DNA of 64,000 bases. Source: Phoronis australis (lineage: Eukaryota > Animalia > Phoronida). How positions within the stretch are numbered: the stretch's first letter is position 1; the number at the start of each line of letters is the position of its first letter. Location of the stretch: positions 558,707-622,706 of the forward strand of contig NMRA01000118.1 of assembly GCA_002633005.1 (NCBI GenBank), in the 5' to 3' direction. The notes beneath the pieces were generated by a model. The model did not search any database. It saw only the letters and a list, made by a program, of their open reading frames with translations, and was not told the DNA's origin. The position numbers were made by a program, and so were the translations under genes. Below are positions 45,855 to 59,900 of the stretch, one piece after another.

Positions 45855-48011
45855 GAAACACTTAGAATGGTTTAAATGCATAACCTTTGACCTCTACTGG
45901 GGAACTGCTCCGTGCATGGCCTTTGAACTCTGGTAGGCATGGCATTTTCCTACGGCAAATATTAGCAAATTGCTTATTGCCTTCTCACACTGGTTTTATT
46001 GGCTAAGCAAGTGATTTGGTCACTTTGAGGGGCAAGAGAAAGAAGTAATTAATTGGTTCTGGTCGATCCAGTGATGCATTATTTTTTAGTTGTTCGTATT
46101 TCCACCTTCTGCCAACTTAAATCGGTGAGGATTCTTTTATTTCTTATCCAGCATCACCTGATGTCAGTTCTCAGACGCGGGTTCCAAAATAAGTCAGGCA
46201 CCGAACAGAACCAATTACTTGACCGTGCTATAAACTAATATATTATTAATATCAAAAGGTGTGCATTGTGTTATCATTAATCTGCATGTATGCATACAAC
46301 TAAATGTATTTGTCCGTTACTGAGACAGGGTTCAAACTCAACAAAGCATCATCCAAAAGTCTCATAAACTAGTTCTTCAAGACAAATGAGGGACAAACAA
46401 CCAGAAGAAGTGTTGCAAAGAGTCGTGATATGAGTGACATTGTGTTGTTGAAGTGACTATGGTGTGCTTAACCGGTGCAAATGTAAATTGCTTTGATGCT
46501 GACCAGGAAATCAATTTTATAAATTTTGCAAGTAAATAAATGATTCATAGATAACAAGGAACCTGAAAGTTGATCAGGTCACGTTTTACAAACTGTTTTG
46601 TTCTGTGGACAATCAGACATGAAAGATTACATGCTTGTCCTGCTAAATTCTTTTGACTTTTGATAACAAGTTTCTTTTCCCTGTCACTCTCTACTTTCAG
46701 TCTCTGTGTTGAAAAATTTACATGTTCACCGAGTAATGCCAGACAGTCAATGAAGTGTGCGTTACATGCAGGCATCTCCTAAGTGTAGAATTATATAAAC
46801 CGAGTAGCTTGCCATACTGATGCAGTAAATATAATTTGACCTACATTCCATGCTCAGTGCTATGCATTGTATTCAATTTAAATAGTATTACATACTGTGC
46901 TGTTGCACAGAGTTCACTCAAGGCTTGTGGAGTACTCGATGCAATTAAGCTAAACGAGACATATAGAGTTAATAGCTGTCAACTTGTTGCGATTTGGATT
47001 CATAAAAGTACCATCAAATACCAAATTTACCTCATTTTTCCAATGCTTGGTAAAATCTCACCAATTAAGGACAGAGTATAGCATACAATTTTGTTTTTGT
47101 AAAATGCACCAAATAAATGCTGTACCATTTTCAACGTCTGCTATATCTACCTTCAAACAATGTTTCTAAGAAATTGTGGACATTCAAATCAATGTTTAAA
47201 TATTTTGAAAAACAAAAAAAACAATGTTGCCAGTTATTTTTGTCCGAAATTGTTCAGATATTAGTGTAGGTTGTGTGGCTCAGTTTTCATCGACCTGACC
47301 AACTCACGTTTCTGTACAATGTTGTCATTTACTTTCTGGATGAAAATTTTTCTTAAAAATTGAGATTGTAATGGCCCCGTACAATGCCCTTTGCTTCAAG
47401 TATATTCTTGCCTGATGTAAATAGTTGCCATTGGCAACAGTATCTTAAAAGTTCTGTGCATTCCATTTGAACTATAAATATGACTTGTGTTAATCAAATA
47501 ATCATGGTTTTAAGTGTCAGCTCATTATTCTATTGTGACTGTGATATGGCTTTGTTTGAGCTTTGAATATATTTTATTATGTTGCAGGGATTCTTGTACT
47601 TGCACGTTACGAGTTTCATGCTTTAAGCTTTGTGCAATTTTCTGATTACTCCAAGTTTTGTTAATCCAACTTTTAATGCATAATTATGACAAATTCTCCA
47701 TTTAAGAGTCGTTTCCCTGGGGTCACTTTTGATTAAAACCACAAAGAGTAGCATAACATTTTTAGATTTCCAATAGCAAATAAATACCCATCCAATACCT
47801 GGGCAAATTACCCCGATATTTCCATATCCAGACTATATTTTCTCAAGCACAAATGCTGTTTCTGTATTAAGTTGGGACATTTTCATAACCTGAGGCGTCA
47901 TTTGCACAAAGGATTGTGGGATATACATGAGGTACGTGCCAAAGTAATCAGACAAAATAACCTGCCAGCTTACTGAGTAGAATTAATGCAGTGTAACAAT
48001 CAGTAAAAAGA

Positions 48012-49384
48012 TCTCAAACACAGTGCCCAAATCTCCTCAAGAACTTACGCCCACTGAAGTTCAGCCCAGTTTAATTTATTGTTACCATAATGCTTCCTCA
48101 TTCAAGGGGTACAATTGGTTTTACTGCCAAAAATGTATTTTGGGAACATTGTTTGGTGGGGGTACTAGACTTCTAAATGTTATTAGCTTTGATCAGAGCT
48201 ATAAAACAACAAAATATGTTGCAAGTTTATTACAAATCATCCACTTGCCCAGTTGCCTGCTTGTCATTTGCCAAGATCAAGGCCTGTGACTACATGAAGT
48301 ATTATGTGCTTAGAATACAATCATGTACTCTGCCATTTAGCTATTGTGGTTTGGCTTTGCCAACAGGGCATTGGATTGTAAGAGCTGAAATTTTGGGTTC
48401 AATTCCTCGCTACAGCAGATCTCAGAAAATCACTCCCCCCCCCTTCAATTAAACCACATGGACATTTTTACCGCCATTAGTGAATTGTGAGGTATTCACA
48501 TTTCTCGCCACCTGTTGGACAGAAATGCAGGTTGACCAGAGGTCTGTTTTGTGAAAAGGTGCTCAAGATGGAAATTTGGTCCGATGCTATAATTATTTAA
48601 AAAAATAATTGACTCACTTTAAAAAAGATGACACAATCTGAGAATATACTAGAACTGTTACTTACTGCGAAGATGTGTACCACAAGTTATTTAGAGTNTC
48701 TCAAACACAGTGCCCAAATCTCCTCAAGAACTTACGCCCACTGCAGTTCAGCCCAGTTTAATTTATTGTTACCATAATGCTTCCTCATTCAAGGGGTACA
48801 ATTGGTTTTACTGCCAAAAATGTATTTTGGGGACATTGTTTGGTGGGGGTACTAGACTTCTAAATGTTATTAGCTTTGATCAGAGCTATAAAACAACAAA
48901 ATATGTTGCAAGTTTATTACAAATCATCCACTTGCCCAGTTGCCTGCTTGCCATTTGCCAAGATCAAGGCCTGTGACTACATGAAGTATTATGTGCTTAG
49001 AATACAATCATGTACTCTGCCATTTAGCTATTGTGGTTTGGCTTTGCCAACAGGGCATTGGATTGTGAGAGCTGAAATTTTGGGTTCAATTCCTCGCTAC
49101 AGCTGATCTCAGAAAATCACTCCCCCCCCCTTCAATTAAACCACATGGACATTTTTACCGCCATTAGTGAATTGTGAGGTATTCACATTTCTCGCCACCT
49201 GTTGGACAGAAATGCAGGTTGACCAGAGGTCTGTTTTGTGAAAAGGTGCTCAAGATGGAAATTTGGTCCGATGCTATAATTATTTAAAAAAATAATTGAC
49301 TCACTTTAAAAAAGATGACACAATCTGAGAATATACTAGAACTGTTACTTACTGCGAAGATGTGTACCACAAGTTATTTAGAGT
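48012..49384. repeat. 686-bp direct duplication joined by a single N; probably uncollapsed alleles
   Basis: 48012-48697 versus 48699-49384, about 5 substitutions, N at 48698. Confidence 0.92.
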
Positions 49385-50832
49385 AGTGACGTCAGTGCTT
49401 ATAATTACAGGACTGAACCTTTATTTGACAACTATAAAAAGGAAGCAGAAGACAAATTGAAATTTCTGTCTAAAGTTACTTTTCATGAAACGGCAAAACT
49501 CAAAGTTTTTGCAATTCTATTTGAGAAACCTCCGGTTATTCTGTAGAATCAATAGAAATCAAGGAGGGTGATGTTATCAGCTGAATACACTTAAACATTT
49601 GGTTCGGGGAGTGTAACAATGGGTTGTCTATGCGAAAAGAGAAGACAAACTATAGCACCCATGGTACATTCCTCCTGCATACCTACTGCATGCCAAAGTG
49701 GACGAATGGCAGAGGGTTTGGGCACTAAGGAGATTTCAACGGCCCTGCCCTTATTTACACAATTTTAAGCTCACTTTACCAATTTCAACACTCGAATTCC
49801 CATGGAGCTATAGCAAACACTTCGGTTGTAACTGGGATGCTCAATTCTTCATGCTCAATTCTTCATGCTCAAATCTTCATGTACACACACCTAAGCAACA
49901 CCGAAACAGCATTTGTGTATTTTGGGAACCAGATTTCTATTTTTCAGCACAGTACAAGTGTCATAGACCAGTTCCTAAAATTAGGAAGTCCCACCTATTA
50001 CCAGGTCTTCTGAATACACATTTTGAACAACAAAAAGATATGAAAACTGACAGTTTATTTTAAACATTAAACTCCCATCAGAAAAGTGTCTGTAACACAA
50101 CACAGGTGTTCGCCCGAGGCTGACCTGCATCATTAAACACTTGTAAACTAGTGACAACACCTACTGAGTTTTTAAAGTACATCATCTTGGACGCATTTTT
50201 TTAAAGTTGTCTAAAGTAAAGAAATAATTAGTCTGCTTTCTGCGTTATCTTCCGATGTATAACATCGATTTACTTCATTTTCACAAATGAATAAAAATTA
50301 TACATTGGGGCATGGTGTGGTGTTTTGTGGATTGCTTTCGTGAACCTCGAGAACTTGAAATGAAAGGTGTGTTCACTCGAACACAGTGTTTGGAAGTAAA
50401 GGATGATTACTTCAATATGAAAAACATTCAACTTCCCGAGTTGCTTTATTCTGCAAAGGCAGAACGTCAACAAGCAAACAACAATTGTGTTAAAATTATT
50501 CAGTTGTCAACTTGAAGATACATTTCAACTGACAACAAACAGCCATCTTGTTAAATCATAATGTCTTTCATTTAGTATGTTCAGTTACACGAAAACATAC
50601 ACTGATGAGCAACTTAAACGAACAATAGTGACGACAAGATGGAAGAAAATTAAATAAAACAGTCATCAGCCCTTCAATGACATGCAAATGACGCCAGCCC
50701 TCCCTCTTGGTGTGTAGACCATAAAAAACCATTAAGCTGAACTTGTGTACTCCATGGATGAACAGACTAAGTTTGCGATGGTTGACTCATGAGTGACTCA
50801 TCAATGTATGAGCTTTGACCCACCACCTGCTG

Positions 50833-50931
50833 TCAGAGCATGTCCTCATCCTCATTTGCACAGTTTATAGAGTTTGTTTTGGGACTTAAATTGTCCGTGC
50901 CCATTCCACTCTCTCCATTTTCACCTGTATT
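50833..50931 (-). CDS. ILRUN: ILRUN last coding exon (NTGENGESG...EDEDML*)
   Basis: ccttttcag acceptor in phase 0; TGA stop; AATAAA downstream on the minus strand at ~50054-50059. Confidence 0.65.
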   Translation of the reverse strand, partial: NTGENGESGMGTDNLSPKTNSINCANEDEDML

Positions 50932-53900
50932 CTGAAAAGGAAAATTCACACTTTTAATTCCTGGAAATCATACAACTCTGTAGCATGTTGATGACAAAGC
51001 ACACACAGCATTGACTTGCAGTGAACAACACACAAAGCTCAAGTCAAACTGACAATCAATCAAACCGCAATAATAAATCAATCTATACTTGTGCAATATC
51101 TTTCATGGCTTCATGGGGAGCACTCGTCTTTTTATGTATGCATTATTTAAAACATAACAAAAGAACAAGGAGGATGCCAAGGTAAAAATAAAAATAATGT
51201 TACATTTGTCACTTAAAAATGGTTCTCTTTGACTTGTTCATGCACTCCAAGATAAAGACTATTGTAAACATTTTTTTACTAATTGGTGTCTATTCACCAG
51301 CAACAAAAGCCACACGCAAGTTTTGAAAAGATTGTGCCAAGTGATAGAGCAGGTTTGGTAATGCACAAGCCACAAAAACCAGAGTGTTTTGAACAGCATG
51401 CCATAACTATAACGATGATCCAGCAAATGAGAACAACACACTTTAAATTGACCATACCATATATTAAATTTAGTAACCTGAAAGGAATGAAAAACAATCT
51501 GACATTGAAATACAACCTAATAATCATGAGGCCTACAAATAATATTTAGTCAATGTGATAGATCTAAACCAGCCTGGAAGATGGAAGTTCCCAAGCAAGT
51601 TACAGAAAACTACACTATCTTTGAAACAGGTAAATGTCTTTAAACATTGCAGCACCTTTCGTTGTCCTGCATTATCCTATGAACTACAATTATTGACAAT
51701 GAGCTTGAAATTTCAGCTTTGAAATTCCACCAATTTCAACAAAAAATACATTTTGACAATGCAGAACAGAACAAGAGCAACGCGGAGCGTTGAAATGCGC
51801 CCACAATTGCACCGCATACGGTATCCTTCTAGGGTTGTTTATTGGTACCATAAAGTGAACAGTAGAGGGCATACTTTGCAAAATGGAAAGGCATGGTCAT
51901 TGTCTCCTCAATAGGCTAGGGGCAAAATGTGAGTAATCTTCATAATACAAGCACATCCTATACACCAGTTGCTNNNNNNNNNNNNNNNNNNNNNNNNNNN
52001 NNNNNNNNNNNNNNNNNNNNNNNNNNNNNNNNNNNNNNNNNNNNNNNNNNNNNNNNNNNNNNNNNNNNNNNNNNNNNNNNNNNNNNNNNNNNNNNNNNNN
52101 NNNNNNNNNNNNNNNNNNNNNNNNNNNNNNNNNNNNNNNNNNNNNNNNNNNNNNNNNNNNNNNNNNNNNNNNNNNNNNNNNNNNNNNNNNNNNNNNNNNN
52201 NNNNNNNNNNNNNNNNNNNNNNNNNNNNNNNNNNNNNNNNNNNNNNNNNNNNNNNNNNNNNNNNNNNNNNNNNNNNNNNNNNNNNNNNNNNNNNNNNNNN
52301 NNNNNNNNNNNNNNNNNNNNNNNNNNNNNNNNNNNNNNNNNNNNNNNNNNNNNNNNNNNNNNNNNNNNNNNNNNNNNNNNNNNNNNNNNNNNNNNNNNNN
52401 NNNNNNNNNNNNNNNNNNNNNNNNNNNNNNNNNNNNNNNNNNNNNNNNNNNNNNNNNNNNNNNNNNNNNNNNNNNNNNNNNNNNNNNNNNNNNNNNNNNN
52501 NNNNNNNNNNNNNNNNNNNNNNNNNNNNNNNNNNNNNNNNNNNNNNNNNNNNNNNNNNNNNNNNNNNNNNNNNNNNNNNNNNNNNNNNNNNNNNNNNNNN
52601 NNNNNNNNNNNNNNNNNNNNNNNNNNNNNNNNNNNNNNNNNNNNNNNNNNNNNNNNNNNNNNNNNNNNNNNNNNNNNNNNNNNNNNNNNNNNNNNNNNNN
52701 NNNNNNNNNNNNNNNNNNNNNNNNNNNNNNNNNNNNNNNNNNNNNNNNNNNNNNNNNNNNNNNNNNNNNNNNNNNNNNNNNNNNNNNNNNNNNNNNNNNN
52801 NNNNNNNNNNNNNNNNNNNNNNNNNNNNNNNNNNNNNNNNNNNNNNNNNNNNNNNNNNNNNNNNNNNNNNNNCACACTGAGCAGTACACACCACACTGAG
52901 CAGTACACGCCACACTCAGCAGTAGACACCACACTCAGCAGTACACGCCACACTCAGCAGTACACGCCACACTCAGCAGTACACGCCACACTCAGCAGTA
53001 CACACCACACTGAGCGTACAGACATTCTAAGCATATTCATTAAAAAGTGTGATTGTAGATCTAGAAAAAGTGTGTTGGCACAAGGCTAAGAACTTGTATC
53101 CAAATCATACAGTGTAATGAATACATGTCCATTAAAATAGGTCTAAATGTCAGTAATCACAGGAAATATCACTAACCAACCATGAAAAGAACACCTTGCC
53201 TATCTAAACCAGCAAATTCGTATATAGATCCAACTTTTCTGTTTTTGTAATATCAACTGTTTTACAGTTTAGTCAGTAAAAGGCAAATGTGGTACATTTG
53301 GGATGATGAAATCACTTTACTACAGAAATACATCTTCAAAATTAGAAACAGCCTAGTCCATGTACTCGGATGTAGTTTGAATAATTTTTAAAACCAGAAT
53401 CAACATCAACTAAAAGCAGAGTGCAAGAATTGTACTTTTTTCTTACAATTTTGTCAGTCATCTGTTTTGATGGGTTTTATTAATAGTTAAAATATGAATA
53501 AAATCCAAATTACATAGGGGCTAGCCTGTGACTAAGTTTTTAACACCTCGCAAATAGCCAATAAACCAACACATTTTTTCTAGATGATTGTCTGGAAAGT
53601 TACTAGTACCTAAACACACGTGATGAGGTTTAGTATCACTACGGAGACACCAAATACCTGAAACAGAGCCGTGCATACGTGGGGCACAGCAAGGCCCCTG
53701 GGGGTGACCTGAGGCGAGAGCAGGACGGGACTGCCCTGCTCTGCTGTCACTGAGTTGGTTGGGGAACCATTGGGGTCTAGCAGTGGGGCGTGATCCCAGA
53801 GCGGAGGGGTCTGCAACACGGGAGTGGAAAAAGTCAACAGAGGATATCACCCTGATGCAGAGTTCAGTGAAAAAAAAAATCAAGATCAAGATCAGAGGTC

Positions 53901-56900
53901 AGGATCTTATTTCCGAACACACGACACAGTAGTGGTGCACTTATCAAGTACAAAATTGAAAGTTTTTATTGAAGTGGTAAATTTTCGAGTTTAGTTTCGA
54001 GTACACAGATTAGACTCTGTACCCAGATACACATTCATGCCAATTGGGGGAAAGGGGGGAGGGGGAGGGGGAGGGGGGGGGATTAACAGTGACAGAGATG
54101 CAAACCATAAAAAATCTCCACATTTGAAAACACACCAAACATAATTGAAAGTTTACAGGTACTGATATCTTCCAGAAGCTGTGCCTTCTTTCAACCTCGT
54201 CTCTATTCACTTGTGTCGTAGCATCGAAAAAAACTAAAATGTGTCAGTTTCAAGACAGATCTTCAGATATTCATAAGCCTAAACTTTTACGAAAACAACG
54301 GGGAGCAATGATATGCCTCCACAGTGTGCATTGCATACAGCGCAGATACATGAGATGATCATTATTTTCACATTCCCACTAGAGGGAGTGATACTAGTAT
54401 AGTAAACTTAAAATAGCTTCTTGGAGAACACCAAGATGACGTGAATACATCGAATTCATTTAAAATGGGAAAGTGTCCTTTTGTCCTCAACAGAAATCTG
54501 CCAAATTTTATTAAAATTTGTCACGGAAGTGTGAAGATATCGAGGAAAAACAAAAAAGACTAAAATTGACACTAACAGGCATAGCAGCAGTCAGATCCAT
54601 CTGTAACAAGATTTGTCTGAAAATTTGCTCATGCCGTCCTATCCAAAATAGTAACATTGCAGCAAATATTCATGGACATCAATCACAAGGTTTTGGAGCA
54701 GATGCTAGATGGCACTGCTAGACAGAGATAACATTATGATGTGTCCACATGCATGTGAGCACAGGGCACATAAAAATAATGTCAAGTAGGTCTCCACTTA
54801 TTTCAGAAGTTATTCATGGTAAATGGAAGACTGTTCCACAGAGGCTATGTTAACTAGAGGCTCCTATTGGTGAGGTCAATCAATACTCTTGACTTGTTAT
54901 AGCACATCCTCATTGAACAAGAATATATGCTTCAACTTTTACATAAATGTCTCACGCCTAAATATAGTGGTCTCACACAATGAAATTTAAGCTTGCGCGC
55001 AACTTAGCTACGCCCCTGCACTAAAATCGTTCCAGAATCGAGTTCATGTTATTTGCCTAAGCATGCAGATGTGAAAAGATCTAGCATTCAACCAAGGGGA
55101 ATGGACTCTGTATTCAGACTGTCCAGTAAGCAATAATGACTGAAGTCACGAAAATTTAAATGATTTTGTTCATCAAAGAGCACTGATTAGTCCCATGGAA
55201 AGTCCAGTAATCATGTTTATGCCGTGCTCTATCTAAAGCACTGTCTAAGATACGAAAAGTAAACATTAAAATCTTTCACAAAGTATCAAGCACAATGGGC
55301 TTGCTTCTTACTCCATTTTTCAGCAGTTGTCATTCCTCTTGGACAGGACGCTATCGCCAAATACAGTGCATTTTCAATGCCTTGCTCAAAGACACGACTG
55401 CCATGCACACAGCAGACATGGAGTGAACTCATAACCTTTGAGCTGAGAGCCCAGCACACTCAACACTAAGCCACATTGACATTCAGATGTACAGATGGAC
55501 TGTGATTCATTCACTAAATGACCAGGAGTCATCTCAGGGGATGCCACCATCTCCCAAGTAAAGGAACAGAAAAATCCAAACACACTATAATTGTAAAGTG
55601 CATTGAGAAAAATTTGTGTGAAAGACACTCAGATTAATGACCTAAGGGCTGTTCCAGCAAAATCTGTGTGGGAGGGGGGGAAGGCAACTGAAATAAAAAT
55701 TTATGGGTGGTTGCATTCGATTTATTTCAAAATGGCTGGTGGTCGTACTTCAAAAAATTTAAAATTTACAGATCGTTGTTGTTTCATTGGGCCATAAACG
55801 TTTGATGGTGGGTAATTTTAGTAAATTTTATAAACAATCCGCACCGAATCAAACACTGAAACAAAAATGCAACTTGCAAAAAGCTCCCGACTTTTTCACT
55901 CCCTCCGATCTCCTCATCGGCATGCCCATAACACCAGTTAACCACAGGTGCTCGAATTTCTCGATGCTAATAACAGGGCTTGGAATGACCAATGACAAAA
56001 GAACGCGGAAACTTTGAAACTTTTACGGCCCAAATCATGCCCGATAACCTGCCTTGAAATGGTCAATGTGAACCTTTCCCCGACAAAAATCGGGAGGACT
56101 AAAAAAAAAAACATTACCACCATCAGTAGCATGCGTCTGCGTCCTTTTAGCTCGCCCGTCCACTCCCAACCCACACATTTTTGGCTGCAGAGCGGTAGTA
56201 TTTGTCACCGCGCTTAACAATAACACGAGACGCCATTGAAAATCNNNNNNNNNNNNNNNNNNNNNNNNNNNNNNNNNNNNNNNNNNNNNNNNNNNNNNNN
56301 NNNNNNNNNNNNNNNNNNNNNNNNNNNNNNNNNNNNNNNNNNNNNNNNNNNNNNNNNNNNNNNNNNNNNNNNNNNNNNNNNNNNNNNNNNNNNNNNNNNN
56401 NNNNNNNNNNNNNNNNNNNNNNNNNNNNNNNNNNNNNNNNNNNNNNNNNNNNNNNNNNNNNNNNNNNNNNNNNNNNNNNNNNNNNNNNNNNNNNNNNNNN
56501 NNNNNNNNNNNNNNNNNNNNNNNNNNNNNNNNNNNNNNNNNNNNNNNNNNNNNNNNNNNNNNNNNNNNNNNNNNNNNNNNNNNNNNNNNNNNNNNNNNNN
56601 NNNNNNNNNNNNNNNNNNNNNNNNNNNNNNNNNNNNNNNNNNNNNNNNNNNNNNNNNNNNNNNNNNNNNNNNNNNNNNNNNNNNNNNNNNNNNNNNNNNN
56701 NNNNNNNNNNNNNNNNNNNNNNNNNNNNNNNNNNNNNNNNNNNNNNNNNNNNNNNNNNNNNNNNNNNNNNNNNNNNNNNNNNNNNNNNNNNNNNNNNNNN
56801 NNNNNNNNNNNNNNNNNNNNNNNNNNNNNNNNNNNNNNNNNNNNNNNNNNNNNNNNNNNNNNNNNNNNNNNNNNNNNNNNNNNNNNNNNNNNNNNNNNNN

Positions 56901-59900
56901 NNNNNNNNNNNNNNNNNNNNNNNNNNNNNNNNNNNNNNNNNNNNNNNNNNNNNNNNNNNNNNNNNNNNNNNAAAAAAAAAAAAAAACGGTACCACCACGG
57001 GAAGCCTGCGTCTGTCTCAGCTCGTCTGCCACTCCCACCTCCAAACATTTTTTGGCTACAGAGTCGTAGTATTTGTCACCGCGGTTTACAGTCACACGAG
57101 CTGCCATTGAGGACAATTTACGTTCCTCCGAAACATAAAGAGCAACTTCCGCTTTTCGAGGTGAAAGTCGTCGGCAACGCGGCAGTAAGAAAGACATTTG
57201 TCGCGGAAATTTTATATCAAATCCGATATTTTTACGCAGAAATATAATAAAATACGCGGAAAGAACATTTGAAAAAAGCGGAAATCCGCGTTTCCACGGA
57301 AAATTCCAAGCCCTGATATGCACCACTGAAAAGTTCGGACACTTTTCTTTTGATGGCAATGCAAAAACGGTAACTTACTTTTGAGGGGGAAGCGAATGGA
57401 TTGAACTGAGTTGGAGCCTGTTGGTGGGGCATCTGTTGAAACTCGCCGCCCCCACTGAATTGATGCAATTGTTGTGTTATACTGAGTACCCCACCTTCAG
57501 CTACAGATATTATGGCCCACAGTCTGTCTGTAACAAACCGCAAGTTCTAGCAAAATAGTATATGCACAGACACACAGCTTGCAAATTGATGAGGATACAA
57601 GTTCATAAAATGTAACAAATTAGCCATCTTTGATCAGACTTAATTATGAATGAACAAATATAGAACGAAACTACAAGCAGAATGAAAAAGTCTTGAATGT
57701 GTAAGTCAAACACGCATAAGGCATAAGTCAGATAAATTCTAGAGCTTAATGTATTATGATTTGATTTAAGCAAGTTAATGTAATTAAAAATCTAGACACA
57801 ATACAATGATTTTCAAATAATCAAAAAATATTGGTATTTTTTAAAATTTCTCCATGATGCCTAGACTACGTCCTATGGCAGGTCCCTCCCACTACCTTAC
57901 CTCCTACATAATGGCCTGTTGGTGTAGACATTCTCCACTGGCCCTGGTAGTAACCAGGCGTACAGCCACTGAACAACTCTATAGACACGTCTTGCACATG
58001 ACTCGGCTCCAGTGCCTCCAACATGATCCGGTTCTGCGGCCCCAGATTATCACCACCCACAAAAACTAGACAACAGCCAGGCGGCCAACGAGTTGCACCT
58101 GAAAACAATGACCAGACTGTGATGACAAACAAAAATAATGAGTAACATATTGAATAACTACACTAATGAAGATGATAACAAAATAATTGTGATTACTTAA
58201 GTACAGACTTTAACAATAGAACTGATGAAGAACATTGAGCCCCTCAGAAAAGTACATTTTGAATGATTTGAAAATTGTGGAAGATGTCTAAATCTGAAAT
58301 GACAGTTGAAATCTATCTGAACACTTGCACCTTTTATAATAAGAAACACGCAGAATTCCACCAACAGAACCCCTCTCCTTTACAAGACTAAGTGAAATAT
58401 GCTAAAAGAAGAATGCAGTTTTCAACAATTTGAAAAAGAGACAAAATAATAATAAGTTAAAATGGTTGCAGTAATCCTCATCTGAACTTTGACCATATGC
58501 ATACAATAACCACCCATTCACATTAGACAGACCCACAATAAAAATAACCAAACAAATGAAGAGCAGGACAATTAGTAAGCACCTTGTTCAATATTCTAGT
58601 TTCACTGATTAAACACACAGAAGATAATCTGGAATTGATAACTTGATAAGAAACTGAAGATGAAATAAAAAACCCGGACATCATAATTACCGTATTCGCC
58701 CTAATAAGCACCCAGGGTGCTTAGAAAAATTCGCTTCAGGAAGGGGGTGATTATTATAGTCCAAAAGTGGTTGAAACCCAGTCTCCGAAACAGGTGAAAT
58801 TGTAAGCTAGAATTCATCAAGTTTACGCTCTGTGACCGATCTGTAACCTATGACCGAGTTTCTACAAAATTGCAGTGCATTGCTATCAAACTTTGTTGTT
58901 AAATTACGAGCATTTTCAGAAAGCCGACTGATGCGTCGCTCCCTCGCGATAGCCAATCGGTCAACTTGAATTCTTGAGTAAAAATATAGTTTCGACTTAA
59001 CAAATTACCTGAAGTCCTCCTTACGTTTTCAAACTAGTATCCCTAAGATTTTTAAGTTCCTGTGGAGACAGGATTAACTGCATATTAAATCCAAATCTGC
59101 GCTTGATTGTACTCCTTAACACAAAAAAATCACTGGACGAACATACATGTTGTCACATGATGCTTGTATTGAAGTTTGCCTGCGTATTGTGTGAGAGAGC
59201 GAAAGCGTGCATGTCATAACAGTTCATTTGTCAGAGTAAACGCGATGTAACGGTCTAGATGTGCATTGTAACTATGGGAATTAACACAAGCAGTAAACCA
59301 GAATGTGTTTTATTTAGCACTTGTTGATCTCACCTGCTAAAAAACGTTCGAGCATCGTCTCGGTAAGGCCGATGTCATTGAGTCGCTGGGTGACTGGATG
59401 CGTGACAGTCTAACAGTTTTTTTTCGAGGAGTGTAAGGGTGCTGAAGTGTTCACAATCAGTGGGTTATTTGGACTTTAAAAACACCAATTACGATTAATT
59501 TAATAATTCCCCCTTAAAAATAATGCAAACGTTTTTACGGTATTAGAAACTTTCGGAAGTAAGTGCCAGTATTTATTTCTTGCTGAGCTATGCTACCCGT
59601 TTCATGAATTGATAGTTCCCGAAGACTAATATTTGATGACAGATTCTTGAATGTAGCGCGTGCTTCCTAGCCACGTGCTTTTAACTGAAGAAAGGTCAAC
59701 TTAGTCTTCCATTCGCGGTTTTCACATGTACAAAGAGATTTGGAATCCTGTACGTGGCGTCTGTTCTGAAAGGCCATACCATAATAGGACACGTCCCTCG
59801 CAAGATCAGCAAAACTTGAGTTCTTTATCAAGGGGCACGGCGAAAGTTTGAAGTGTATAGTCACTACCTGTGTCATTCTCATTATGCTTGCAGAAACTAC

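Noticed and set aside
48023-49106. Duplicated 88-aa and 80-91-aa ORFs suggesting a tandem gene pair
   Set aside because: They lie in the N-joined allelic duplicate and show no recognisable protein features
55410-55480. tRNA gene
   Set aside because: A/B-box-like motifs are present but there is no coherent cloverleaf, and SINE-type body sequence follows
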